In this document: one piece after another, positions 1 to 13,122 of the stretch
Layout of the letters: every line of letters begins with the position of its first letter
Position numbering within the stretch: the stretch's first letter is position 1
Origin: the human T2T-CHM13v2.0 reference genome, Homo sapiens
Direction: 5' to 3' (one strand)
NCBI RefSeq assembly: GCF_009914755.1
Contig: NC_060928.1
Length of the DNA stretch: 64,000 nucleotides
Notes under the pieces: generated by a model
The model's input: only the letters and a program-made list of their open reading frames with translations
The model's database searches: none
Told to the model about the DNA's origin: nothing
Translations under genes and position numbers: made by a program

Positions 1-312
1 GACTAAGCTATGCACATTTATATGCAAGCACACAAAATATGTAGATTCCTCTGAAAACAGTCATACTGTTTTACGTTTCCTTCTTAGTCAAAGGCAAAAC
101 ACGAGAAAGAGGTGTATAATAGCATCAGGGAAGGTCTTGCCCTAGTTTCTTACTTCTTGCACTGTGGTCAGCAGATAGTTTTATGTACTGTGGTGTGGTC
201 AGCAGAGGGTTTTCTCTATTAGTCATTGAGCCACTGCTGTTGCTTGATTTGCTTCTAAGGCATGATTCCTTTTTTTTCATCTTCAGGTGTTGAGCCCAAG
301 AGCAATTCTGTT

Positions 313-453
313 CTTTTTAAGAGATGGGGTCTCACACTCACTATGGCTGGAGTGCAGTGGCACAATCAGTTCACTGCAGTCTTGAACTCCCGAACGCAAG
401 CGACCTCAGCCTCCCCAGAGCTGGGGTTTCAGCTGCACAACACCATGCCCAGC
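313..453 (-). mobile_element. Alu monomer (FLAM/FRAM-like)
   Basis: tttttaagagatggggtctc...ggctggagtgcagtggc...caccatgcccagc is a reverse-complement single Alu arm, diverged. Confidence 0.85.
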
Positions 454-474
454 AATAGAACATCTTTTAATCAA

Positions 475-540
475 CATCCTGCACACTAAATTCCAACTAT
501 GATCTCAGAGTCTGCTTCCCCCGGAACCCAACCTGTAACA
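475..540 (+). mobile_element. 3' end of an old ERVL LTR (LTR16-like)
   Basis: cctgcacactaaa...tctcagagtctgcttcc...aacccaacctgtaaca resembles the LTR16-type terminus. Confidence 0.55.
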
Positions 541-759
541 GTGTGTCATTTGAATGGAAAATAACTATGAATTTAAAATCTCAGGCTTATATCTACTTTG
601 GCCAGTACTGTCTTCTTTAGATTGTAACCAAGCTCAACTGTAGCACAATTGAATCATTTAAGAGATATCCTCTGGTAGTAATTAGTATCATTAATCAATG
701 TATCTAGGACTTGTATCTCTGGGTTCTTCCTTCAAATCAGACTGGCCAATGAGACTTTC

Positions 760-1086
<327 letters not shown>

Positions 1087-1475
1087 TGACAGTTGAAAGG
1101 TTTAGCTAATAAAATGTAAACAAAAGTTTTAATGTGGTAGTGCATTGCCTAGCATGTTCCCTTCTCTTTGACACAGCAAGCAATCCTATCGAGATGGAAA
1201 CCAGCACAAATTAGAGGAGTTTTTAAAATTATTTTAGAAGAATTTTTCCTATTCAGGTTTTTTTTTTTTCTACAAAATCAACTTATGGCCAATCACTGCT
1301 ATATGTACAGGTGAATAAGAGGAAAAGAAGTTAAAGAAAGAAAAGTCAAATGAACTTTGGTTATTTTAATTACCATTGTTAGGGATTCTGAGAAGCACCT
1401 CTTGAAGGATTTGAAATTGCAGTGAACATACCAGTACACAAACAAATAAAGCCACATTAAATTGAAACCACTCAC

Positions 1476-1578
1476 TTCAAATTCAGAAAGGATATTTTGA
1501 AAGAAAATATTATTTTTTTAAAAATAGGCATGTGTAGCTCTTCAGTAATATAAAGAACTCCTTAGGGTCTTGTACAGT
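1476..1578 (-). pseudogene. Candidate decayed exon C
   Basis: Minus strand: cttattcttacag|ACTGTACAAG...TTTGAA|gtgagt; 103 nt; TVQDPKEFFILLKSYTCLFLK then stop/frameshift. Confidence 0.35.
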
Positions 1579-1895
1579 CTGTAAGAATAAGTACATGTTT
1601 GTTAAATGAAAATATAAATGTTTTTAAACCTTTCCAGTTTGGAGCACTTCTCCCCTACAATGCATTTAACCAATCCCTCAAATTAAACACATTTTTGTAT
1701 TTCAATATTCCAGTGATTTTTAAAGACACTGATTATATGTGAATCTTAATTTATCCAAATGTTTAGTGTAACTGTTACCTCATCAACAAAGAATTAACTA
1801 TAATAGCAATGAGAGAGAGAGAAAAGAGAAACTACCTTCTATTTCACTGGAATATTTTATTTTACAATTATGGTGGTGGTATTAACACATTCCAT

Positions 1896-2451
1896 TGAGG
1901 GAGGAGGTGGTTAGGGGCTGGATAGGCAGACAAAGAGGGAGGGTCTCGGGAGAAGGACAGAGAAAGGCAATGTTCACAGGAACAACCTCAACACAGCACC
2001 TACACTGCCTCTGCAGCTAATGGGAAGAAACGTGGTTAAGAATTTCCCCTTGTGCCAGGATGTTGCCCAAAGGGACTGTTCCAACTTAGGCACAGGCACA
2101 ATAAATCAACCTAAATGTACTTAACTTAACCCAGCTCATTATAATGTCATTAACATGGCATTAGTATTGTTGTGTTAGCCCTCCCTCGGTTTTGCTTAGG
2201 TATTCATGGGTAATAACAAACATGAAGTCACAAACCCACAGAAAACATCCTGACTTCTGCCATATCAAAAACACAGAACTCAGCCCCATTTCTGGCAACT
2301 TGCTTTCAGGCCCCCTCTTTTTGCTAAGAGCTTTCAATTTGCTTAATAAATCCTATTCTACTCATTCTCTGGTGTCCATGTCCCTTATTCTTATTGGTTG
2401 TTTGACAAGAACTTGGACCTAACTAAGCTAGGGACTAAGCAAACTGCAACC
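1896..2451 (+). mobile_element. ERV1-class solo LTR (MER4 supergroup, subfamily uncertain)
   Basis: Starts TGAGGG, AATAAA near 2345, ends ...actgcaac(c); 4-bp TSD ccat at 1892-1895 and 2452-2455. Confidence 0.8.
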
Positions 2452-3360
2452 CCATCCAATATTATCATCTTTTATGTAACACTCATTCTTTCTTTGAAGG
2501 ATCTTGGGTCTATGAGGGTCTGTGACTAAAACAGAATTGATGCTATGTGACTTTCTATGCTGTCATAAAAGCTTCCTTCTGGGATACTCACATTTTTATC
2601 TCTATTAAAAAAATTTAATAGAGAGCCTTCAGATGACCTCAGTCTGGTCTTCAAGCTGCCCAAGCTGATACTGAGTGAGCTGTCTCTCCTCAGGCCTGCC
2701 CAAATGGGAGGTTTGACAGCATAACAGGCAATGCAGGAAAGGGCACCTGAGAAAGAGAAAGGAGAAATGTGAGGGGAGCCCTGCAATTGCCCCCACATAC
2801 TGCCTGAGGGAATAGCTCACCAACAGCCCATATAAGAAGAGTCCAACTGGAGCTTGACAATCTCCTTGACTTGGAGGAGATGAAGTTGTGAATTTGCAGA
2901 GGCCAAGGGAACTAGAGATTGCAGGAAACAGTATTGATCATTTAAAATCACTCTAGTAATTACCAATGTAATTTCATTCTTGTCCAGGGGCCCTTGCATT
3001 TGACATTCCTTCTGCCCTGTACTCTCTTCTAGATAACCATCTGGCTGCCTTACAAGGCATTACATTATCTGTTTCTAACTACTTTATTAAGATATCACTT
3101 GCTGTCAATCTGAATCCACTTGTGTTTTTTGCCCTTAGGATTTATCACAAATACCATAGACATCAAATGTCCCTGAAAATTATGCAAGCAGATTCAGAAA
3201 AGTCCAGTGGAGAAAAATAGAATCTAATTATTTGTCATTTAAATATCTTAAGAAATGCAAAAACAAAAATGAAACAAAGCATTAAAGTATCAACCACAAA
3301 TTTAATGTTGTTTGCAGACGTGGTAGAGGATACATTTCTAAAGGTGTTACTTCCTCATAC

Positions 3361-3517
3361 CTTTAAATTAGGATTATGGTTCCAATTCCTTCAAGTTATA
3401 AAGTTCTTATTATCAGAGCTATATATAAAACTAAATGGTTTTCATAAGTTTTGTGGACAAAAAGTTGGTCTTGATTCTAGACCTGTCTGTGCTCCAATTG
3501 CTAGATTTTTCAGCCAT
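3361..3517 (-). pseudogene. Candidate decayed exon B
   Basis: Minus strand: tttctttggttttgttttcttaatcag|ATGGCTG...TTTAAAG|gtatga; 157 nt = 1 nt + 52 codons, WLKNLAIGAQTGLESRPTFCPQNL*KPFSFIYSSDNKNFIT*RNWNHNPNLK. Confidence 0.5.
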
Positions 3518-4424
3518 CTGATTAAGAAAACAAAACCAAAGAAATCATTTGGGCAGGGAAACATCCAAATTTTTAGATAGTATAATATATTTCTTAGGGG
3601 TAAATACATTTATTGCCAAGAAATTCTAGATTGAAATATTATAACAAATCAATCCCATAATTTCTGTTAAGAAATAATTTAGCACTTTTGACATTTTGAG
3701 TACATTGTAACATTTGAAGTAATTGGCATTTTAAATTATTTTCTGATTACACTTGAGGTTATAATCACAAGTGTGTAGTTATTTAGTTGAGATAGAACTG
3801 CACTATTTACTATCAAAGTTTTTAAAATGATTTTACAAATGATATTATCTGATTTACCAATTACTTAAGTACTTAGGAAAGTTTTATCATAAGATAGTTA
3901 AATTTTTTAATAGAAAACTGAATATTTTATATTTTTCAGCATAAGCATTTTTAATAGCTTTTGGTTATTTCATAAAATCCTCCATGAAAATTATTGGTAA
4001 AAGTTTTCCGTATTTATAGAGTAAGATTATAGTTTGAACTCAAGAGCTTAAGGAAAAATAAGGCTTTTCATTTTTTCACTATCATTAGTTGAATATTTTT
4101 GATATAAAAGTTAAAAAAATTCCCTTGAGGAAAACACTGAAAACACTATAACCACATATGTTTAATCGTTCATTTATTTATTCTTCCCTCAAAAAATTAA
4201 TCTCCATATAAACCATTGTCAAAAAAAATTTCAGCATCAGATGGCTGGCTTCTTCAGCTTGCCCATTTAAGAGATTCTATTTTTTTAAATCTGTAAAGCA
4301 TGTAAACCTGAGTATATGTCCTAAAGATTAAGAACATTATTTTTAGTTAAGATGACTCAAGATAGTCTTAACATGTATGCATACTAGGAAGAGAAAATAA
4401 GATAAATGAATTTAGTGTGGAGAA

Positions 4425-5775
4425 CTATTTAACAGCAGATATGTTCAAATGATTTTAGACAAGCGAACCAAGATTATTCAAGCGGAAAGGGTGGTCTTCT
4501 CAGTAAATGGTGCTGGGAAAATGGCATAGTCACATGCAACGAATCAAATTGGACCTTTACCTAACAATACACAACATGGATCAAAGACCTAAATGCAAGA
4601 GCTAGGACTATACAACACTCAGAAGAAAACACAGGAGAAAAGCTTCATAACATTAGAATTTGCATTGATTTTTTGAATATGACATTTAAGGTACAGGCAA
4701 CAAAAGAATAAATAAGCAAATAGGAATTCATTAGAATGAAAAACTTTTGTTCATCAAAGGATATTATCAATACAGTTAAAAAAAACCCAGAGAGAAAATA
4801 TTTGCAAATCACATATTCTGATAATGGATTAATATCCAGAATATATAGAGAATGTATAAAACTCAACAACAGCAACAACAACAACAATAAACAAACAACC
4901 CGATTCAAAAATGGGGAAAGGACTAAATAAAACAGACATTTTTTTCAAAGAAAATATACCCATGGTCATCTGTATCTTGAAAAACTCATTAAAAGATGCT
5001 GAATATCGCTAATCATTTGGAAAATATAAATCAAAACCACAGTGAGATACAACTTTACCCTCATTAGGATGCCTAGTATCCCAGGAATCAAATATTAATT
5101 TTTGAAGGGGATATGGAGAAATTGGAAACTTCATGAACTGCTGATGGGATGGTAAAATGGTGCAGCTGTTATGGAAAATATTATTTTGTTCCTCAAAAGT
5201 TAAAAATAGAATCACTATATTATCCAACAGTTCACTTCTGAGTTTACAGGCAAAATAATTAAGAATGGAGACGTGGACATATATTTGTACACTCACATTA
5301 GTAGCAGCATTATCCAGAATTGCCAAAATTGGAAGCAACCCAAATGTCCATTCATGAATGAGTAGACAAAATGTGGTACATACATACAGTGGCATATAAT
5401 TTAGCCTTAAAAAGGAAGGAAATTCTGACATATGCTACAACATGGATGAACCTTAAAGATATTATGCTAAGCGATAAGCCAGTCATAAAAGGACAAATAC
5501 TATATGATAGCACTCATTTAAGTTACCTAGGGTAGTACAATTCATACAGACAGAAAGTAAAATGGTAGTTGCCTGGATTGGGGGAAGAGGAAATAGAGAG
5601 TTATTGCTTATTAGGTACAGAGGTTTAGTTTGTGATGATGAGAAGAGTTCTGAGGACAAATAGTGGCAATGGTTGTACGATGTAAATATACTTAATGTCA
5701 CTGAACTTCACACTTAAAAATGGTTAAAATGGCACATTTTATGTTATATATATTTTAACATGACTTGTAAAACAA
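4425..5775 (+). mobile_element. Old L1 (L1MB-type) ORF2 end plus 3' UTR
   Basis: aaatggtgctgggaaaa, atgaaaaacttttgttcatcaaagga (KNFCSSKD), gctacaacatggatgaacct, cacttaaaaatggttaaaatgg. Confidence 0.9.
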
Positions 5776-5874
5776 ATACTATTTTACAAAATCTCCACGA
5801 TAGTCTAGTTGGCCTTGGGCCAAAGAAAGGAAGGAGTTCATGAAGCACTCGTCAAAGAACCAAAAATAACTCAC

Positions 5875-5902
5875 TTGTTTCTCAGCTGTACTGGCTTTAA
5901 CT
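5875..5902 (-). pseudogene. Candidate 28-nt micro-exon A
   Basis: Minus strand: long AG-free polypyrimidine tract tttctgctctcatttttttttcttttctctgccttgccttttataag|AGTTAAAGCCAGTACAGCTGAGAAACAA|gtgagt. Confidence 0.5.
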
Positions 5903-6638
5903 CTTATAAAAGGCAAGGCAGAGAAAAGAAAAAAAAATGAGAGCAGAAATCCATGGCAACAAGCAATTTTTTATATTATTGATAGCATCTTAGGGGAATT
6001 AAGTATCTGGCTGCTAAAGAGACCAAGTTTGTGTGAAATCTTATGAGTCCATTTACTCTATTCTGATTGACCAAACAGAAAATTAATACCTGTTCTATAT
6101 TCATAAGAAATATATTTTTGTATTTTTGTCTGACAAAACATTCCAATATCACAATTGTTTCAGGAGTTATTAATTAAGAGTACAGCATTAAAAAGGGGAC
6201 AACAAATAAGCATTGAGGCAGAAAGCAGACAATAAAATAATCATGGGTAGTAATGTAGCCAGCCTAAAAGTACTGGGTATTATTGGCCTGATGAGTGTAG
6301 TACATGACAAGTTACATAATCTTTAGCTTTGGTAAAAGAAAAATTAAGGTAAACAATTGACTTTAGATGACTTTCTAAATTTGAAAGAGTACTACTGATA
6401 TATAATCTTGTTTTATAAACACTAAGATAATAAAAGGTTTAACAGGGTTTAGCAAAGTTCAAATATCTCAATTCAGTTCTTACTACAATATCTGTTTAAG
6501 AATGGAAACACCCCATTCACTAACTGGACTTCAAAAGACATTTATTTTAGTCAGCTTGTAGAGTGGCTGAACTACATAAAATTTAGAGAATACAAAACAC
6601 ATCTAAATATTTTAGTAACCCTCACATTATAAAGTAAG

Positions 6639-8938
6639 TGATATGGTTTGGATTTGTGTCTCTGCCCAAATATCATCTCAAATTGTAATCCATAATGTTG
6701 GAGGTGGGGCCTGATGGGAGGTAATTGGATCATGGGGCTGGATTTCCTTCTTGGTGCTGTTCTCATGATAATGAGTGAGGAATCCAGATTTGGTTGTTTA
6801 AAACTGTGTGCTACCTGAACCCATCTCCTCCCCGCAGTGCCTGCTCTGGCCATGTGAAGATGTGCCTTCTTCCCCTTTGTCTTCTGCCATGATTGTAAGT
6901 TTCCTTAGGCCTGCCCAGCCATGTTTCCTGTACAGCCTGCAGAATTATAAGCCAATGAAACATCTTTTCATTATAAATTACCCAGTCTCAGTTATTCCTT
7001 TATAGCAGTGTGAGAAAAAACTACTATAGAAACCTGGTACTAGGAGTCAGGTATTGCTATGAAGATAGCTGAAAATGTGGAAGTGACTTTGAAACTGGGT
7101 AATGTGCAGAGGTTGGAAGAGTTTGGAGGACTCAGAAGAAGACAGGAAGATGATAGAAAGTTTAGAACTTCCTAGAGATTTGTTGAATGATTGTGACCAA
7201 AACGCTGATAGTGATATAGACAGCAAAGGCCACGTTGACGAGGTCTCAGATGGAGATGAAGAACTTACTGGGAACTGGAGTGAAGGTCACTTTTGTTATG
7301 CACTAGCAAATTGAGGGAGCATTGTGCCCCTGCCCTAAGGATCTGTGGGACTTTGAACTTGAGAATGGTGATTTAGGGTATCTGGTGGAAGAAATTTCTA
7401 AGTAGCAAAGTGTTCAAGATATAGCCTGGATGCTTCTAGCCTTCTATGTTCATATTCATGTGCAAAGAAATGATGCAAAACTGAAACTTAAATTTACAAA
7501 AGAAGGAGAGCGTAGATGTTAGGAAAATTTGCAGCCTGGCCATGTGGTAGAAAAAAAAAACAATTTTCAGGGGAGGAATTCAAGCCAGCTGCAGAATTTT
7601 TCAAAATTAAAAGGAAAGCAAGTAGTAATATCCAAGACAATGGGGAAAAGGTCCTGAGTATATATCAGAGAACTTTGTGGTGGCCCCTCCCATCCTAGGC
7701 CTGGAGACATAGGAGGGAACAATGGTTTCATGGGCCAGACCCAGGGCCCCCCCTGCCCTGTGCAGCCTCAGGACACTGCTTCTTGGATCTTGGCTGTTCC
7801 AGCTCTCCAGCTGTCCCTTAAAGGGGTCCAGGTACTCAAACTCCTGCTTCAGAAGGTGCAAGTCATAAGCCTTGGTAGCTTCCATGTGGCTATGCAGAGT
7901 GCAATTGTTGAGGCTTGGGACCCTCTGCCTAGATTTCAGAAGATGTATGGAAAATCCTGGATGTCCAGGTAGAAGACTCCTGCAGAGGCAGAGCCCTCAT
8001 GGAGAACCTCTACTAGGGCACTGCAGAGACAATATGTGGGTTAAGAGCCCCCACACAGAGTCCCCACTGGTGCATTGTCTAGTGGAGCTGTGAGAAGAGG
8101 GCCACCACCTTCCAGACCCCAGAATGATACACCAACAGTTTGCACCGTGCACCTAGAAAAGTGGCAAGCATTCAATGTTAGCCCATGAGAGCAGCTGTGG
8201 GGACTAGCCCTATAGAGCCACAGGGGTAGGTCTGGCCAAGGCTTTGGGAGACAACCCTTTGCATCAGTGTGGCCTGGATGTGAGACATGGAGTCAAAAAA
8301 GATTATTTTGGAGTTTGAGATTTAATAACTGTTCTGCTGGGTTTTGGATTTGCATGGGGCTTCTAGCCCCTTTAGTTTGGCTGATTTCTCCCTTTTGGAA
8401 CGGGAGTATCTAACCAATTCCTGTACTCCCATTGTATCTTGGGATCAACTAACTTGTTTTTGATTTTACAGTCTCATAGGCAGAAGGGACTAGCCTTGTC
8501 TCAGATAAGACTAAACTTTGGCCTTTTGAGTTAATGCTGGAATTAGTTAAGAGTTTTGGGGACCGTGAGGAAGGCATGATTGTATTTTGAAATGTGAGAA
8601 CATGAGATTTGGGAGGGACACAGGGAAGAATGATGTGGTTTGGATTTGTGTCCATGCCCAAATCTCATGCTACTCTCATGATAGTCAGTGAGTGCTCACA
8701 AGATTTGTTTGTTTAAAAGTGTGTGGCATCAACCCCTCTCTATCTTACTCCTGCTCTGGCCATGTGAAGATGTTTCTGCTTCCCCTGCACCTTACACCAT
8801 GATTGTAAGTTTCCTGAGGCCTCCCCAGACATGCTTCCTTTACAGTTTGTGGAACCGTGAGCCAATACAAATTCGTTTCTTTATAAATTACTCAGTCTCA
8901 GTTATCTCTTTATAGGAGTTCGAGAACCAACTAATACA
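6639..8938 (+). mobile_element. Complete MaLR element, MSTA-like: 5' LTR 6639-7028, internal 7029-8630, 3' LTR 8631-8938
   Basis: Both LTRs begin tgat(a/g)tggtttggatttgtgtc and end cta(c/a)ta(t/c)a; internal has MaLR-int motifs (WKSLEDSEEDRKM; purine tract before the 3' LTR). Confidence 0.93.
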
Positions 8939-9019
8939 ATCAGTGAACCAACTTCTTTGGTTGTCAGTATCTATCTGGGAAACCCCAGAGGGTTAACATG
9001 TAGAAGACATTGCAACAGC

Positions 9020-9042
9020 TTTTTTTTTTTTTTTTTTTTTTT
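9020..9042. repeat. Poly(T) run
   Basis: About 23 consecutive T. Confidence 0.95.
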
Positions 9043-11660
9043 ATAATTCCAGATTTGGAGGCTGAATTGAAAAAGGCAAAAGATTTGAGAACATTGATTA
9101 AGATACTGGATATTGTAATTGATTAAAATCAAGGAAATTGCTACTTTTTATTTTAGAGAGAGATTACTTAAAGCTAACACAGTAGAAAGCAACAAAAGTA
9201 AGTCCCTGTAGCAATAAGTAACTTCTATTAAAATGATTTAAAATACTGCAATGGCAGCAAAAACATTAAAAGGTGCATAGTTTCTCAAAAAGCAGGTGAA
9301 TATACTACGACCCAGTTTACATATTTTCATGTCTAACAATAGTACAAGTATAGTATCAACAATGTATAACCAGATATTTGAATTACAACCAGTAACCAAA
9401 GTATCCAACTTCTGTTTCCTTAAAAATTGACAGAGAAAACTAAAAGACAAGTAACCCCAAACTACATGCTATGGTATTCCATGAGCATACATTGGATATC
9501 CACTTTATAATTTTATAGGAGCAAAAATAAACTTGTATGTTGACATTATCCAAAATCATTTATACATCCTCTAATCCATTAATTAATGACCATAACGTAA
9601 TGTCTATACATGAGAAACAAGGTCAAAATAATATGATTTAGATATTTTGCCTTACCTAGAAAGTGTTATTATGCAAATATCACTAATAAATGATCTAAAT
9701 TAAATCTTTACCTAAAGTAGATGTCAGCAAATGAATGCCAATAGAATACATTCAGCCTATCTTAATTTTTTTGTACAGACTGTTCTTCTAACTGCCTACA
9801 AATTAGGAATTGTTCTTACATGCCCATTGACAATGAGTTCTCATTTGATTTATTAGTTCTCTCTTGGAGTATTAAAGTATTACAATTTGAAGAAAATTTT
9901 CAGTATTTTTAAAACAGAAAATGATGTCCATTTTTGTCCCCTTTAGAGGAGCTATTTTTGATAAACCAAAAAAAAAAAAAAATACAAAGCAGAAACAGAG
10001 ACCCTGTTATCAACTTAAAATATTGATCTACTAAAACAAAAACAGGATTAATTAACAATTGGTCTCCCAGGGAAATATCATTTTCAAGGTTCTGAGTAAT
10101 TTTATGATTCTAACATATATTTGACAGATACCAAAGAAAATAATTCTGGTGGTTTATACATTCTCCAAAAATCTTTAAGAGATTAGCTGTAAAGCATATG
10201 TGATAAGCAGTCTCCATGGAATGTATGCCAGGAAGGGTCCTGTATTAAGTTTATGCTAATTAGTACAGATCTTCACATTACTGTAGTAACATCTCATCAA
10301 TTTTATATGTAAATTCTAAATTCAATTGCTTTAGGCTAAAATATAAAAAGCAAATATTTTAAGCTGTATAAATAATAAAATAATATCTTTATAACAGGTA
10401 AAAATATCATAAGGTAAAAGGTTAATTTATTAGAAATATATTGGTGTATTTCACAAAATAGCCTCAAGAAAATCTATAAACAGAAAATAAATATTAAGTT
10501 GATCTTTCTCCTTTTATTGCTTCTATTATTTTTTTTCTTCCCTCCACCTGCTGCCAAGTTGCCCTCACTTTTCATTATTGTGGCAAATCATTTTTATGCA
10601 CTTCTCCACATGATACAAAGCATACTCTTTTAGAACTCATGTGATTGGCCCTAGTGTTTTCTCAGACCCCCACGTTCAAAGCTTGACATAGGTTACTCTG
10701 TTTTCAGATAAATCTGCCACAACCAAAGGGGAAGATTATATAAATACAAGACAAATTTTAAGTAAAACTTTAAAAATGAAGTTGAAAGAGTGCATGTTTC
10801 CAGAGCAGTGGATGTTTTGGGAATGTCCATATCTTTGGCTACACATCGCTACGTTAAGACATAAACACATAAAACTAAACAAATAATATTGTCTAGAGTT
10901 AAATATATTATTTTTGTATGTATCAGAGAATAGATTTATGAGCTGAATTAGTAAACAGAAATATTTTTGAACACGTCACAGGACTTTTCCCTCTCAGTGT
11001 CTGAGTTTTTTCACTGCTGCAAGTGAGATGTTGAATCAAAACATCTTTCTACAAACAATAAATGATCCAATGTAAAAAGAGTAGGAAGTAACCATTGCCA
11101 CAAAAACATCTCTTTGATTATTTTTCAAAATAACATAAATGTTTATTTTTTCAAGGAAATAATTTCCCATATGCCCAATATTTAGAATATATAATATATA
11201 TCTTTATGGCTTCTTTCATATTGTTGGTTTAAATGTATTGTATGTTGCATTAAGACTAAAAGACAGGGTATCTGAGCCTGACAATCAGTCAAGTATGGAA
11301 GGGAAATCTCTAAGTTCTATGCTTGGAAAATGATGAACATTCATTGTATTTTAATACTCAATCATGCCCACATTTGAACATTTTCTCTCTCTCTTTTTTC
11401 TTTTTCTGTTTCATTTGCTTCCTTCCCGTAGAAGCATTCTACTTTCTACAAAGATTTGTTCGGCAGGTAGCATGGTATAATGATAAGAGTCAGGCCTGAA
11501 TTATGACACTGAAGTTCCCCTATAAATTTTAGTGGTTTATATATCATGCTATAAAAATATCACATTCTTAATAGTCATGCTATCTGCATGTTTTCATCAC
11601 CCTAAGCCTCAGTGTCTTCAGCTATAAAACTAAAATATTATTTTAATTATTAAATAAGAT

Positions 11661-12460
11661 TGTTACTGAAACATCACAGGTCTACGTCCTGTTGCTCACT
11701 GCACAGAAAGCCAATCACTGAGTTAACAAGGATTGCCAGGTGATATGATTTGGTTGTGTTCACACCCAAATGTCATCTTGAATTGTATCTCCCATAATTG
11801 CCATGTATTGTGGAAGGGACCCGGTGGGACATAACTGAGTCATGGTGGCAGTTTCCCCTATACTGTTCTAGTGGTACTGAAGAAGTCTCACAAGACCTGA
11901 TGGTTTTATAAGGGGAAACCCTTTTGGCTTGGTTCTCATTCTCTCTTGTCTGCTGCCGTTTAAGAGGTGCCTTTCACCTTCCGCCATGATTCTGAGGCCT
12001 CCCCAGTCATGTGGAACCGTGAGCCCGTTAAACCTCTTTTTCTTTGGAAATTAGTCTCGGGTATGTCTTTATCAGCAGTGTGAGAGCAGACTAATACATG
12101 AGGGAACCAGGCTTTACTTTGGGTGCTGCACCCAAGAATAACAGGTAATACAGTCTCTAAATCTGTTTCTCTAACATAGCAAAAATGGGGTGTTTATATA
12201 GCAGGGAAGGCAGGAAAACAGGAATTAGGGAGGGGTAAGGAAGCAATCATGAGGAATGAAGTTTATTGCATCTTTTTGTCTGATCCGGATGTGGTAATCT
12301 AGTGAGTTTCAGTCCCTCACCTGAGGGTTGGTTTCCTGAGGAGGGAACTCAGATGAGATAAATGTAAGTTGCAAGTTTTAAGACAAGGGAGGGTCAATTT
12401 CTATGTCTATTTTTAAAAACCTATAGATATTTTTTGTATGGGACAATTTGGCTGGTATCA
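11661..12460 (-). mobile_element. LOR1-type ERV1 3' LTR, interrupted by THE1
   Basis: tgttactgaaac...cacagaaagccaatcactgag and ...atgggacaatttggctggtatca match reverse-complement LOR1 ends; purine tract adjoins at 12461. Confidence 0.8.
11741..12098 (+). mobile_element. THE1 (THE1B-like) solo LTR
   Basis: tgatatgatttggttgtgt...gggtatgtctttatcagcagtgtgagagcagactaataca; degenerate 5-bp TSD ccagg/tgagg. Confidence 0.93.
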
Positions 12461-13003
12461 GTATCCCCTTTCTATTTATCAATTCCTCCATCATGGGGAA
12501 TCTGGTTGTCAATCTTTCTGGCTGCTTCTTGCTGAGGAGAGCTATTATGGGATAATGCTGAGGAATGCAAACCTTACTCCTGTAATTGAAAGCACTCATG
12601 AGCACCTGACCAGCATCTGGCTTGTTGGAGCACCATGACCTAGATAGTTTTATCTTGGTTTAGAACAACATAGTAAGCCACATTGCCTAGGATGCTTAGT
12701 AACATAGATAAACCAAATTTTAAAATAAAACCAAATTTTAAAATACCAGAGAATATGGAGCTGATCCCCTGGGGAATCCCAGAGTGTAACTCTAATGCTA
12801 CCAAAAACTTTTCCTGATGCATTACATCCTGCATGCATAAAGCTATGGTTTCAGGAAGAGCAACAACCTGAAAAGCACATGGTCCCTTTATGATTTCTTA
12901 TCCAGGCTCTTTGGCTGGGCTTTGAATACTAACTTTGGCCCTCTGAGGGTTCATAAGCCCATGACCTGTTTCCCCTGGAGGGATCAAAAAGGGCTTGGTT
13001 TTA

Positions 13004-13122
13004 ACTGAGTATGGAGAATCCATGGCTTAACACCATCCAACTTGAAATGGAGCCTGTTGTTCATTCAAATTGGCTTCAGTTCAAGTTGGGTGGTGTTAAG
13101 CCATGGATTCTCCATACTCAGT
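13004..13122. repeat. Inverted repeat, 43-bp arms, 33-bp spacer
   Basis: 13004-13046 is the reverse complement of 13080-13122 with one mismatch. Confidence 0.95.

Noticed and set aside
3430-3480. LESRPT motif faintly recalling fucosyltransferase LESP
   Set aside because: Too short to support a family assignment without a search.
3269-3580. 103-aa + strand ORF in unique DNA
   Set aside because: No recognisable protein or splice context; it lies antisense to the better-supported minus-strand exon candidate.
9052-9197. + strand exon-like segment after poly(T) (ccag|...|gtaagt; DLEAELKKAKDLRTLIK)
   Set aside because: The acceptor depends on a simple T run, the frame stops early, and I found no partner + strand exons.
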